Positions 50,498-64,000 of a DNA stretch of 64,000 bases are shown here, piece by piece. Position numbers and translations under genes: made by a program. Source of the DNA: Paraphysomonas bandaiensis. Lineage: Eukaryota; Protista; Chrysophyceae. Location of the stretch: positions 248,001 to 312,000 of the forward strand of contig CBFFRP010000378.1 in assembly GCA_965644295.1 (NCBI GenBank). The letters are read 5' to 3'. The stretch's first letter is position 1. Every line of letters starts with the position of its first letter. A model generated the notes under the pieces. The model saw only the letters and a list, made by a program, of their open reading frames with translations. It searched no databases and was not told where the DNA came from.

Positions 50498-52185
50498 TAT
50501 GGTATACATAGGTATACGTGTGCGTATATGGAGTATATCTCTGGGTGACTTCGAAGTGCTGAATGTGATGTGGATATATGCATATACGAGTACATGATTC
50601 AGAGGCTCTGCTGCTGCCTCTACTCACAGACACGAGTGAGGACTATCAACAGTGTGTGGTCATAGTGGTGTATAGTGGTGTGTGCTCCTCATGAGGAGAG
50701 AGACTCGTATGATCATATGAATAATACCGCAGCAGATACACACACATACATGCAGAACACCCACACACACATACATGCATAGACCGCATGGAGCACCCTG
50801 AATAGCCATATGACTGAACCAGAAGCGTTCACTACAAATGCGCCTCTGAGTGTGTTATTTTATACGGTGTATCTGCATTAATGGTGCTGTGGAAGCATGT
50901 GTATCCGTTAGAAGACTGTGACGCTGTTGCTAACCGCTCTGGTGGTGATCATCCATACTGCATCATCTCGTTACGATCTGATGTGTGCTGTATATTCGAC
51001 AGAGGTTACATGTATGTATGAGATGAGGGTGCTGTGCAGACAAGAGATGAGTGTCAGTGTGTCGTATACCACACACTGTTGTAGCGTATGAACTTGTATG
51101 CAACACTGGACTGATTACTTAATCTACAGATAGTGTTATACAAACTACGGTACGACACTGTGCTCTGTTGACCTCATTGCCAATAGTGCACCTGCCCAGA
51201 CCTCCTGTCAACCTTACTGGAAAGTATTTCCAGCAACCATCTAGAGACAGGCCATTATCATTGACAATAATGCAGTATTGTTGGTACATCACGTTGTAAA
51301 TTTGGAGTATGGTTTAAATTTTACTGCTTCTAATATGTTTAGTTGGGACTGTTTTGTTTTACCTGTATAAAGTTCATAGAGCGTTAAATTTCCTAAACTT
51401 ATGTTTATATCATATGAAATATTATCTTTCGTATCTGTGCACACTTTTTCCTGTGGTCCTGTGGTTCATTATTTATACAATTGACTTTCTACTTGCCACT
51501 TCAACAGGTGTTTGTACTTCGTCAGTATTCAGTATAGTTGAAATGTATCGTGGCACGTGACACTAATAACTCCCAGCTAACATTTTTCATGACGACCAAT
51601 TCATCACAATGCTGAAAAAATGGAGGGTCTACAGAATTACGTTGAGCTAATGTCCATGTCGATATTGTTCTATTATTGAATGACCTTACCTGAGCAAAGC
51701 TGCAACAGTTTGATCTCACTGCTATGATGTCGTTGTTCTGTTAGGCATAGTTATGTAGCTATAGGCGAGCATAGTTGACTAGTTCGAAATATTATTACTT
51801 TGACGAAACCAAGTCTAGTTCAATCTTATTTACTAGGTTCCATAAGGTATCTCAGCAGCAACGGTAATGACATGCTGTAGAATACTCTTCCTAATGATGT
51901 CCTACATCTGGAGCATCCTACTCTCAATTTCTCGCTCAACTTCAGACATTGTAACTAGAATGACTCTTCCAATTCGACATGCATACCTCATTGCAGTGTG
52001 TGCCTAGTAGATATGTTTAACCATTTAACCAACATCATGAGTTCCCACGAAAATTAGCACACTGTCATTGATTGTGCCATCCAAGATGGCCATCATACAT
52101 ATTCAAACAATACAGACGTATTCGTCGAGCTGTGAGTTGAGTTTGGTGTCCACCTTTTCAACAGCACCGCCGGCGAAAGACTGCC

Positions 52186-52698
52186 TCAAGCTCTTGTACT
52201 CCTCGCTCTGTCCATGAAGAGCAACTTTTTCAGAGAATTTATTTCCCGTTCAATCTCGATCAACTTCATCTTATGATCGGATGTCCCCTCTAACATCTTC
52301 TTCTGGCGTTCGGATTTCTCCTCTGACAACTTCTTCTGGAATTCGGATTTCACCTCTGACAACTTCTTCCGGCGTTTGGATATCTCCTCTAAACACTTCT
52401 TCTGATGTTCGGTCTCAATATTCATGAAGACAATAGTATCTATAGTGTATACACTGTAAGATACAATGATTACAACAGCCAATGTATATCCACTAAGAAA
52501 AATCCAACCCCTGCTATAGTTACGAGCAACTTGATAAAACTCTCCAATAGTTTTTCTTTCATTTACCCAGAAAGAAGATAATTTTCTGCTGGTGGTTTGT
52601 TGAACACCATGAATAAAACGTACACTTAATGGTGATAAACGTATCATTATTATGTATAATATTTCTGACGTGATACCAAAATGGTTTGCTTCACTCAT
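52186..52698 (-). CDS. Hypothetical single-TM + coiled-coil protein (possibly mitochondrial; may start at the MIRLSP Met)
   Basis: 170-aa ORF with a basic transit-peptide-like start, a hydrophobic segment and 11-aa KKLSE repeats; no family recognised. Confidence 0.45.
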   Translation of the reverse strand: MSEANHFGITSEILYIIMIRLSPLSVRFIHGVQQTTSRKLSSFWVNERKTIGEFYQVARNYSRGWIFLSGYTLAVVIIVSYSVYTIDTIVFMNIETEHQKKCLEEISKRRKKLSEVKSEFQKKLSEEKSERQKKMLEGTSDHKMKLIEIEREINSLKKLLFMDRARSTRA

Positions 52699-53139
52699 TC
52701 ATTCTAATATACGAATTGGTACACTACAAGAAGAACTGCTGTACGTATACATACCGGATACCTACCTATATATACTTACATAGACACTCTGTATGTATAT
52801 ATCATGGATATACGTGTACCGATCTAATCCAACCCCATTTCTATAAGGAAAAAATCTAAGATCCTAAAAATCTGGGTATTTATGCACAGGTGACAGCCTA
52901 AAAATGGCATAAAATTCATAAAAATAGCATAGTAAAGTACGAACATTCATATGCATCGCTGTGCTACTCTGTGCTATTATCATATACGTATGCATCCTAT
53001 TTTTCGGAAATAAATTGAAGCAAATATACTCTATATAATTGCAAGTAAAACAACAGCTAAAATAGAGACAGTTTTTATCTCAATATTAGAGGCATCTTTG
53101 AACAAAAATACACAAAGGATGCTAATACGTATATCCACA

Positions 53140-53192
53140 CATATATCCATGCATATCCATACATATCCATACATATCCATACATATCCATAT
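53140..53192. repeat. Short (CATATCCATA)n 10-bp tandem repeat
   Basis: Directly visible. Confidence 0.8.
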
Positions 53193-54639
53193 GGATGAAC
53201 TGTTAAGAGTAAAGAATATATCGAATATAGCAACTATCATCTACTAATAGTCAATAGACAGACATTTCATACTACATGAATGCAACTATCATAAGTATAG
53301 TGTGTGGAGGAGATGTCAGATAGCAGCATATGCACTGAATCGTTATGATATATCAGTCATATAGATATAATATTGCTGAACGTATGGGACTTAATCAAGT
53401 ATTAGTTAGGTACCCACCCGGCCCCCACCGGGATCTATCTAAGTACACGCTCAGAATGGGGCACCTACGAGAACATTGATTACATAGAGTTGTTTTGATG
53501 GGTTGCATGAGGTAACAACAACAAGAACACATGCTGATGATGATGCAGTAAGCAACAAAATCGGCAGGTGATGATGGGAAATCGTGGATCATCATCTGTT
53601 ACTTCGCCTGCTACCCCGTCTCTAACTTTGCATTGACCTGATCTATGCTGCGTTGGTTTCACTTTGCCTACTGTGCAACTTTATTGTTCTGTAATGCATA
53701 GGTATATGCGAGTACAATTTATGACTGTTTTTTTTGACTAAAATAAATTGGGTAGGTTGAGCCATTTATTACTTAGGTATATACACATAAAATAGTGTGA
53801 CTAGGTAATTCTACCAATTTGACTAGGTTGAATGATATTTCCCAAACGCAATCCTTAAGAACAGTATCTTATAAGATTGATGAGTTATTATGACACGTTG
53901 AAGATACTCTCTCTAATTCAGTTCATGATATATTTCATTGAGCATCATAATTCATATATACTATCTTATATTAAGATAAATCCTAGTATGACTGTATAAA
54001 AGCATGAGTGTCTACGATTGTGATAGTAAAAGAATCAGATTAGCAAGTTGAAGTGATGATGAGAAATAGTTATTTCAATTTTAATTATTGAAAGTAATGT
54101 ATACAGAGTTCTGTTAACTTCCTCTAAGGGCCGAAGTGTCATTTCCTGATAAACAGTACATATTGCAAACAGTAGTTATCAATATATTGTACAAAATATA
54201 TTGTATAATAAAGTTCCTTATCCCTGATGTATATTGGGCTAGTAGTATCGGATTAAGTATATGAGCGACATAATTAGAATTCGGATTCCGATAATTAAAA
54301 GGAAACTCGAAAACAATTGAAAAAAGGCCTTATATCAAACCTTGGTCCCAAATATACTAGACTCTTTTCATAGTTTCGACAATTAGAACGCTGCCGAGGA
54401 AGATTTTGCTTCTAATTAGGTGTGAATTGCAAGCTTTCGCTAAATCATTATTACAACTGATCACGAATTGAATGCACAAATATTACACTATATTTCGTTG
54501 AATGGCCCATATCAGAAATTGCCATATGATAATTCATAGCAACGAACACAAAAAACACTAATCAAATACAGCAAAAACTTTTAAATAATAGCCTCTATAT
54601 ATATCAGCACATCACCAATCGTCAGGAAACGACAGCTAT

Positions 54640-57600
54640 TCATCTGGTGTCCTGCTTATAAACTCCCGCCATGCCACCTCCAGCAGTGGATCTTGTTCGC
54701 CGTGATACCTGCTCGATAATTTTGGGTATAGGGGGGGTTCTGCCTTTCTCCATCTGCTGGAAAAGTTAGAGCTACAATACATATGCGCTATTGGAGCAAA
54801 ATTTTGAACTCATTGCTCAGACAGAATACACTTCCAGCATGTATGGCCAGCACTTGTTGACTTACCCCAAGTGGAACTACAACTGGAGGCAATGCCATCG
54901 CATTCTTTAGCACCACAACGTCATCTTCGTTCTTTGAGTCAACAGCGGAGCTTGATGTAGGCCGCTTTATGGGAGAATATATATGAGGATCAAGCGCTTT
55001 GTCGTAGCCTGTACTGGGACGAATAGGACTGTCCGTGTTGGAGGAAACAGGCTTGTCACACACCAAGCACTTATGCATCGCAGCAGCAGTACTTGTGTAA
55101 GGGTCACCAATGATATTAGTCAAACTCTTCACCAATCTGAAAATATCGCACATCACATACATCAGAATTCAACGTTAATGATATTTTATATCATATGAGA
55201 ATTAAAAAACGCTGGCATGAACAAATAAATATCACAGTATACAACATTGAATTCGCAGATAGCGATACGCGTGTATCACTTTACACTTTACATTATACAA
55301 TACTACTACTTCGTACCTGTCCACTTCTCTCTTATCAGCCTTTTTATCGAGTCGCTCGTCCAACATACTTGGTGTGATCATCATATTACGGGTTTCCATG
55401 CTTTCGTCCCGTAATTCTCTTATCGCTCTCTCCGCATCACGTTTCGGCAAGAATCCCCCTAGTTGACTCTGTATTTTTTCCAACACGTTTCCTACCTGAG
55501 AAAATCTATCTAACACTTCGTCCTTGGGCAACGTTTTGGCACTACTATCAGAAATCATCTGATAGGCTGTTGTGGCGTTTTTCGCCATCAATTTACGGGT
55601 AGCGTCTATTTCGTCGTCGACATGCTCACGAAAATGCTTCATCAAAGCAGAAGATGCCTCCTGCTGGGAAAAGCTATCTCGTGTGAGCTTATCAGAGTTC
55701 ATAGAAATATCAACTCGCAAATCTTGAATCATTTTTTCCAAGGATTCTACGCTAGCCTTGTTCGCTAACTGCTCTTCTAGCTCCTCCATTCTCTGTTGCA
55801 CGAACATGCGGTCGATTGAATGATGCTCAAATCCCAGATAATCTTCATCTTCGGTCATCGCAACATCAATTTCTGCTGAAACTGTTTTCAGTGGGAGTTC
55901 TTTAATCGCAAGGTTCGTATCATTTATGCCCTCTACTGAAACAGTTTTCGTTGATTCTTCGATCACTATTTCAGGTGTATTAATTTCTGGTGAAAGTGTT
56001 GCAGCGTTTTCTGAAACGGGGAGGTTCTCACTCGTCGTGAGTGCTGGTCTATCTACTGCAGAGAGTGTTTCACCACTGGCCTTGGCATCACTTTCACCGT
56101 CCAAGCAACTCGATACTGGTGGAGATTTCTGTGTATTTTGTAATGATGCCTCCATATCTGATTGCAACTTCGTTAATACAGACGATTCCTTCTTTTGTTG
56201 CATGCTGAGCTGTTTTAACATCCGATTAATATCGGCTACTTTGCGTCCCAAGTCTTCAGTAGCCCGTTCCCATGGTTCCTTTGTTGAGCCAACAGACGCT
56301 CTACGCTGCGGAGCAACTGCCACAGGACGAGATTTCAGTTCTTCAGTGGTTACACTCAGGTCTTTAATTGCATCCATAATAATTTGCATCTGATCGCGTG
56401 TCTTATAATATGTCTCTTCCTGTTTGATTATCCTGTCTTCAAAACAATCTACACGTTGTAAGAGCACATCATCGGTGTACCTATGAGGAGATGTATTTGA
56501 TGGCATACTATATGAATCTACTCGCACATCAACGGGCAAATCTTTCACAGGGCTTGACGGCTCGGTGGCTGCTAGAGAGTGCGACAACATCTGATGATGC
56601 ATTTTCATATGAACCGGTGATTGAGGCTTCACTACAGGTGACATCACACCGTAACTGTCAACTGTTGACTTTCTTGTTATCTGTCGAGATGAAAGTACAG
56701 GCCCTACAGGTTGATTATCAACTACTACCGGCTTCGGAGGCTGGTCCAAACTTATAGTATCCAATGGTGTGGCACTAATTTTACTCGTGTGCGAAGAATT
56801 AGGACTCACATGGTTCGATTCGGTATTTCTCTGGGGCACAGATTGATCGATAACCCCACCATTGCCCTCATGTTCCAGTAAGATTTCACTATTTTCAAAA
56901 TGCCTATGTAACACTTCTAGAGCAGCTTGTAACTGTGAGTTGATATCGTGTGATAAGCGCTCGTTGGCCAATATTCGCTGCTTCAATACTCCATTAGTTT
57001 TTTCCAATAAATCAATTTTCTCCAAAACGAACTCATCCACCACAGATAGAGATGTTACGGAGCCAATGTCACTAATATTGCCGTCATCATCAGCAGGCAT
57101 CACAGCAGCTGTCGTAACAAGGCTTGAATTACTAATGCTAACATTGCTTCCACTTCGTGCTCGCCTCAGAATCTCGGGAAATCCGGATAATGATGAGTCT
57201 TGAGTAAGTTGCTCAGATGGTCTCTGATCAGAGCTATCAAAAATAATGAGCGATTGGGGCGTAGCACCAACATTGTTTGAGGATGCCAAAGCGTTACTGT
57301 TAGAAAGTTCTTCCGACTCAGATTTGTGGCCGTCACCCTTATCAGTTCCAATCAGAGAAATGCCATCACCTGGGTGAGTTTTAGGGGATGACACAGAGGA
57401 TGTAGCGAGACTCGTGGCAGGCAATAAATCGCCACCGCTGTCACTCTTCCGTGTAACTGATGAGTTAAGGACATTAGAATACTTAGTACAGACAGGTGGG
57501 TTCAGACCATTATTTGAAGATTCACCTCCCTTCGGGATATGAATATTCTTTCCGCCCAAAGCATTTACAGCGCCCAGAAGTGTCTGCAACTGATCATACA

Positions 57601-59825
57601 TTGTCCTGGAATTGGCTTCCGCTGAATTAACTCGTGATTCCAATTTAGCGTTTGCCTTGAGTAGCAGCTGTACCTTCTCGGCTAAAACATCTTTCTCCCT
57701 CGGCGACTCTCTTGAGGTGCTCTTCACTGTATCATTGGCAGTTGATTCACATTGACCAACTTCAATATCCGGGGTCCTGTTGCTGGTCTTGGTTATGGAT
57801 TGTGCAATGTTAAGCTTAGGAACCACTAATTTACTGGGACTCTTGCTAACCTCGTTCTCTTTCACACCAGAAACAATCTTAGAACTATTAGATTTTGTAT
57901 GCAGCTCGACAGAACCAGGGTTGACATTACTTCGAACTTCACTAGGCATTTCATCTGCGCGTGAATCATGGCTTCGAGGCGATTCATTTCTCGCAGTGCG
58001 TATTATTTCAATCAATGTGGACGTCGCATCACTGCGCTTCATATTGTTGCATTGTAACTCCTTGTGTATTTCTGACAAACTACTAGAAACACCTTCAACA
58101 CGCTCTTTTAAAGTCTGTTGTGTTAAGTCCATATACTCCACTTTATCATGGAGTTTGTTGTACGAAAGCATTCCCTCTTCGTGAGAGCGTTCCAGTTCGG
58201 ATAACTTCGACTCCAACTGATCAATACTGTGATAAACGAAATTTCAATTAGACAAACCAGAGCAGCAAAAACATATTCTATTTTAGGTTTACACACACGC
58301 ATCACTAGATTGGACAATCACTGGTTCCCTTACCGGCTAGATTGGGCATCAGTAATAGATGAAAGAGCTTTTTTCATAGCTACATTGGCCACCTCTTGCT
58401 TCATCATCTTTGATTCCAAGCTCTCAACGCGCTTCAAAAACAAGGTCATAACTTCATCAGCACTCATATCAGAGTCAATGGGAGGGATATCTTTATTCGA
58501 TATAGAGAGTTTATCTATCAGAGATTCTACAGACTCTGTCAGCTGTACCTATACGAACGCGATGAGAAGAGAATTCTTACAATAACAGACAATAGACAAC
58601 AATTGCACTTGACAGTCTCTCTATGATGTATAGTATATCTACACATACAGTCCATACATATATATGATGTATAGTATATCTACACATACAGAGTACATAC
58701 ATATATATGATGTATAGTATATCTACACATACAGTCCATACATATATATGATGTATAGTATATCTACACATACAGTCCATACATATATATGATGTATAGT
58801 ATATCTACACATACAGTCCATACATATATATGATGTATAGTATATCTACACATACAGTCCATACATATATATGATGTATAGTATATCTACACATACAGTC
58901 CATACATATATATGATGTATAGTATATCTACACATACAGTCCATACATATATATGATGTATAGTATATCTACACATACAGTCCATACATATATATGATGT
59001 ATAGTATATCTACACATACAGTCCATACATATATATGATGTATAGTATATCTACACATACAGTCCATACATATATATGATGTATAGTATATCTACACATA
59101 CAGTCCATACATATATATGATGTATAGTATATCTACACATACAGTCCATACATATATATGATGTATAGTATATCTACACATACAGTGTCTGTATACCTCT
59201 AGTGTACCCTGTAATGTAGCCATATCACTCTTAGTTGATACTTTCAGATCTTCCAACTCTCTCTGTATATTCCGACACTGTAAATTAGTTGCTGATAAAG
59301 CCTCTTTGTTGGACTGAGTTTGTGAAGAAAGTACAGCATATTCTCGTTTCTGTTCTGTGATAGCTTTATCCAGACCCTTTAACGATTCATATATTATGTA
59401 ATCATAGAAGTATATGTATGTATATATATGCATGCATGTGTATATGTATGTATGTATGTATGTAGAGAGTGGTATATGTATATAATATACGTATGTATTA
59501 CCTTAATTAACTGGGTATGATTACTAACACTTCCACTGATCTCCTATGAATATATACAGTGATATTCATACATACAATACATACACACATATATATAGAG
59601 AGATGAAGTCATACCGAAGTGCTTCCAGTTACTGTTTCACGTAATTTTAAATCTCTGTATTATAATTAGCAATATCTTAAAGGGACACTATAAAAGTTCA
59701 TACAATGTACGAAGAATGTGTATCAGTAGACCAGAAAAATCACTTATTTTATGAATATCTGATGGATTTAACATATCTTCGGGTTCTTCATATGGAATAA
59801 CATCCCCTGTATCTGTAGTGGGCAT
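54640..59825 (-). CDS. Large multi-exon coiled-coil/low-complexity protein with C-terminal KADK...CLVCDKP motif (DUF4795/QRICH2-like)
   Basis: Manual exon chain MPTTDTGDVIP... | ...GLDKAITEQK... | VQLTESVE... | long exon of the 994-aa ORF | LVKSLTN...CLVCDKP | ...QDTR*. The family assignment is from motif resemblance only. Confidence 0.65.
58622..59187. repeat. Intronic 41-bp minisatellite, ~14 copies
   Basis: atgatgtatagtatatctacacatacagtccatacatatat repeated with a period of 41 (e.g. 58801 to 58842). Confidence 0.93.
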
Positions 59826-60572
59826 ATTGGACAATATAGTGTCTCTACAAGATACGATACACTTCACAAGTAAGTGAATTAGACAGTAATATCATGCATG
59901 AGAGTAGTATGAATGAGAATGAGAGAGAAGGGATAGTTACAGTACTATAGTTACTATGGTGTCCAACCAGCCCAATCATACTGTAGCATTACATCCATAT
60001 AAAACATGTACACTGCTGCTGTATACATACGTACAGAGTCCATATACAATATATGACTGTAGTTGCATATGGTATACATACATATATACACATGTCACCT
60101 AAAAAAAGAAACGTCAAGACTACAGTACACAATACGGCATGGAATACTGTCTCAAAAAATATTCTAGAAACCCCATATCTTTACATCTTTACTCTTCCAA
60201 AATCGATAGTTTATATGCCTGAAAATAAGTACGTACATGTATGTCCATATATGTACTGTACTGTAGACTGTAGGTGTAAGACGTACTGCTGTACTGTACT
60301 ACTGTACTACTGTACATGGGTATCAAGAATACTCCTACGATCTCTTCATATACTTCTATCTGCCTACTATACTGCTGTATGTGACTAGGATTAAGTATGA
60401 TATACTGCAGATTCCTGCCTCCAACACCACCACACTCTAACTAACTATCCTTATGAACAGTATCTAATAATCAAACTCATTGTTAGGGTATCTCAGTAGC
60501 CCATATCTCTGTATCATATCTCTTCTCTCCCTTATAACACACACACATACACATACATATATATATATATAT

Positions 60573-63109
60573 ATGACCTTTCAAATCACTGAATTTCAAT
60601 TACCACTTGATATTAATACATTTTGTAATTCATTTTGGTATTCTACTGATTGGTATGAACGATTTTTAGTTGATTGTTTAAAGGATACGAATGTTCATAT
60701 TGGAGAATGGAAGGATCACGAAGATTCTGGGAAAATACGAGATATTAAGAGTGCTCATCCATCTACAGTATCTTTTCCAGGTTTACCAAGTCATGCAGAT
60801 AGTTTTAAAGTACAAAAATTGATATTTAATTCTGACAATTTAAGAATGACGATATTGGAGAGTAATACTTTCAATGGAATACCGATGTCAGATTATTTTC
60901 GAGTCGATACAATGTGGCACGTCGAGGAGCTCAATAGTAAATCAGATTGTTCTAGTAGTAACCATAATGCAACTGTACAAATTCATATCACTGCCGAAGT
61001 TGTGTTCACTAAGAGTACATGGTTAAGAGGCACAATAGAATCTAATACCAAGGCAGAACTGCAAGTAGTCTACAGTACGTGGAAGGATGAAGCATTACGC
61101 TATATAAGAAAATGTTCTGAAACGCCAGAAATGATGAGGCAGCCATCTGAGCTGCGTTTGCCACCTCTGTTTTCATTAGCGGAAGAGGATTTGGAAGTTC
61201 GATCTCCAACTAATTTATCACGGGTCCAATCAATGGGTAGCCGCCTGGACTCGGAGGACGAATTTTATGACTGTGAAGAGGGTATTGATAATTACGATGA
61301 TGGTGATGGTGGAGATGAGAAACAGTCGTTATTACACGATGTCTTTGTTCGACAGCGATTGATGCGCTTGACGAGCCCATACTTGCATCCCCCAGGTGAT
61401 GACGGTATCCCAGGTGCACGAGACACTGTGCGCCCCGTACTGTCGCGTCACTTATTAACCCCACAAGAGTTGATCGATATGTACGGGACAATAACAACGG
61501 GTACAGATTCGAACGGGTTGCAAGATACCACTCGAATCGAAAAGCCGTTCGGTCGGTATGTGGCAGCAACTGTGGCGGAAGTTCTATTTGTATTGGTGGA
61601 AAGTTTATTCTGGCAGGTAACCGCCAAATCATTAGTTAATTCAATGTGTTGACATTGTTATCGTATGCTGTGGGACAGTTGCATAACATATACAAATACG
61701 ACCTTAAGGAGTTGTTTGTTGTGGATCCATTAGAGGTAATTCGTCGCATGCTTTGTTCATTTGTTCCTGGTACTGCGTCGTCGCTGCTAGTATCTCCAGA
61801 CCTGTATGGACCTTGCGTTGCGGCGTTTGCACTCCCACAAGTTCTTTTGTTGGCAATGGATTCTTCGCATCACGGCTGTTCGAGGTCGTCGTTATTGGGT
61901 GATGCTGTGGTCGTGAGTTTGTGCTTATGGGGAGGCCTGTCATCATTCTATAGGCAAGTCCTTTATTGGTATTATATGTGGCTACGGATAGTTGAATATA
62001 TTAGTAGAATGCAAGAGAATGACAAACGTACAATAATTTGACGAATATCATGCTTTATATGCGTGCCTGTACTTTGTGGATTACATCCATTGGTGTTAGG
62101 TTCTATGCTTGTGTAGTGTGTGTGTACAGTGTATGTTACTATCTAGTTTAATTGGATATGATACAGGTTGTTTGCATTCTTAGTTGCCCCGTCGCTGTCT
62201 ATGAAGCACTGTCTCTGTTTAACGGGCTATAGTATGTTCTCTTGGAACGTTGCACTGTTAGGATCGTATGCATTGGATACACATAGGGCCTATCTAGGAC
62301 TTCATCCCAAAATTGCACTGGTTCTTTTCGGCATTCCCGCGGCTATTGCACAGGTATATGTTGCAGATATATCAATATATTTTGTTTTGCCCATCAAACA
62401 CTTGCTGACATTGTCTGTGTGTATAGGGTTATGTATTTTGGCAATTCACCCCTTTGTCGATTAATCCGCGTCACCTTCCATCATCGTGGCAGCGACTCGC
62501 TGATCAGCACAGTAGAGTAGCAGATAGAGTATTTTGGGCAATTCCAAAGGTATCCGAACTTATACTAGCTATTTCCCCCCTAATATTGTTGTTCTTGCAG
62601 TTGGTTGTCCTAATAATAGTGGCAGGTACGTTATATACTGTATGTAAATTATTTTATACGTATTTCGAATGCTGTCTCAGAAGTTTTATGAATATATGTT
62701 TGAATTTGATGAATAGTTTGATGCTACTGGTCTGTATTGTTAGGGATTCACATGTCCTTGCTTTATCATTGTCATGTGTTGAAAGTCTAATCTGTGATAT
62801 GTAGTTACTCATTATCAATTCCTTTGGTACGTGGCAAGAGTATTCCTACCGGGTAGGAAACATTTCTGTCGCTTATCAGCCCTAATGAATCCAGCCAGCT
62901 ATGCTGACATTTTGTCTCAAAAGGTAATTGAACTCTTTGTGATATATATTATATATGTCAGAGCTACATCTGATTTTATCATGCTGATATGAGTATATAT
63001 TGTGAAGCAATAGTCACGAATTATTTGTACGTTTCTGAAGTTGTGCTTTTAGGAATTACGACAATTTACAATGAATGTTCTGAAGAGGGGTGTGGAGAAG
63101 GCGTCATAG
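60573..63109 (+). CDS. VASt (StARkin sterol-transfer) domain fused to a Yip1-family multi-pass membrane domain; ~7 exons including a GC-AG intron (61954-62166)
   Basis: VASt: IGEW...R...HP, GIPMSDYFRVDTMW, VVFTKSTWLRGTIESNT. Yip1: LFVVDPLEVIRRMLCSFVP...PDLYGP, LCLTGYSMF. Exon 1 joins exon 2 in frame across intron 61617-61678; the last exon ends ...EKAS* at 63109. Confidence 0.75.
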
Positions 63110-64000
63110 TTTCGAACATGATCCGACAGTTTGTGAGTAGAATGGAGATAGTGTACAGTATATTTGCGAAATGATCGTAGTACCAAAAGAGCCTCCAGTA
63201 AATTTCGAATAGCAATAATAGATAAACTGGAGGCCGTAGTATGTATGTAACTGCAATATTACTATTGTAAAAAGACGTCATCAAGGACATCAGAGAACTA
63301 GCACTGCTATGGAAGAATTTTCTTGTTCTTGTCTTGACGTTAAACAGAGCAATTCTGCAGTAGTTATGTAGTTATTGACTTCACCGCTATATCTGTAATG
63401 CGTAGCTATATGAGAGCATAATTGATGAGTAGGTATTAATAACTCGTTTGAATAATTTACTGTCTTGGGAGACTAATCCCAATAATTTACTATGACGAGC
63501 CATTTCAACCAAATTGACTTGGTTCAATAATATATCTCAAATTTAACGCGCACCACACGAGCATCTAGAGGAACTACCGGGGACAATACCACAAAGCCAC
63601 AGGAACCACAAGTAGACAGTAATATGGATGATTTAGACCTGCTTTTACAGTCAGAAGTGTACATATATATAAAGGAATCGAGTCCCACTTACGAGTTGAA
63701 CGAAGTATTTTAGTTTCCACGACGCATACATTAATAATTTTTCTTTCTGCTTACACCATAGTACCTGGCAGAAACAAAAATAGTTTAACACCAAATATAT
63801 TCATCTTAAACAGCACACGAAGTATATAGCAAAACTATAATGATAAGTGAAAAATATATCAAGAGCACGTGAATTCACCTACCACTGTGCAAGAGTATCG
63901 TGCGGCACACCAATGGATCTCCCGAATATTACTATCTATTAAAGTGTGCATAAATAAAGAGGAAGTACATCGTAAAACGTAATATAGAATACAGCGAGAT

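Noticed and set aside
50023-50597. MYVC/TYIH repeat ORFs
   Set aside because: Translations of the (TACA)n microsatellite.
53395-53662. Cys-rich 66-aa ORF (CSCCCY)
   Set aside because: Arises from low-complexity caa/gat runs; no splice or homology support.
58577-59187. MCRYTIHHIYVWTV ORFs
   Set aside because: Translations of the intronic 41-bp minisatellite.

Overview
Eukaryotic nuclear DNA, not prokaryotic: short GT-AG introns (~45-60 nt), an intron-containing tRNA and a ciliary gene. The beta-tubulin sequence and PTGQ-repeat protein suggest a flagellated stramenopile, probably chrysophyte-like (inference). Left to right: a >4,065-codon secreted mucin-like P(T/S)GQ-repeat gene running off the left edge (- strand, absent from the ORF track); a 4-exon RPL38 head-to-head with CFAP57; degraded copies of a dispersed repeat; an intact Ty1/copia element with TA...TA LTRs; a GDPD-like gene; tRNA-Met; a ZIP transporter; a PX-domain gene with 13 tandem TQT motifs; a divergent beta-tubulin pair; a 62-bp hAT-type MITE; an intact 8.6-kb Ty3/gypsy element; nitronate monooxygenase; a large coiled-coil gene; and a VASt-Yip1 fusion gene. 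The stand-out is the gypsy element (38884-47495). Each of its two apparently identical 1,059-bp LTRs carries an antisense SET-domain (lysine methyltransferase) reading frame. Its integrase ends in a chromodomain-like module, its RT has IFDN instead of YxDD, its Gag has a CCCH finger, gag and pol are in frame across a single TGA, and it has no tRNA primer-binding site. Exon boundaries and repeat identities were read by eye.
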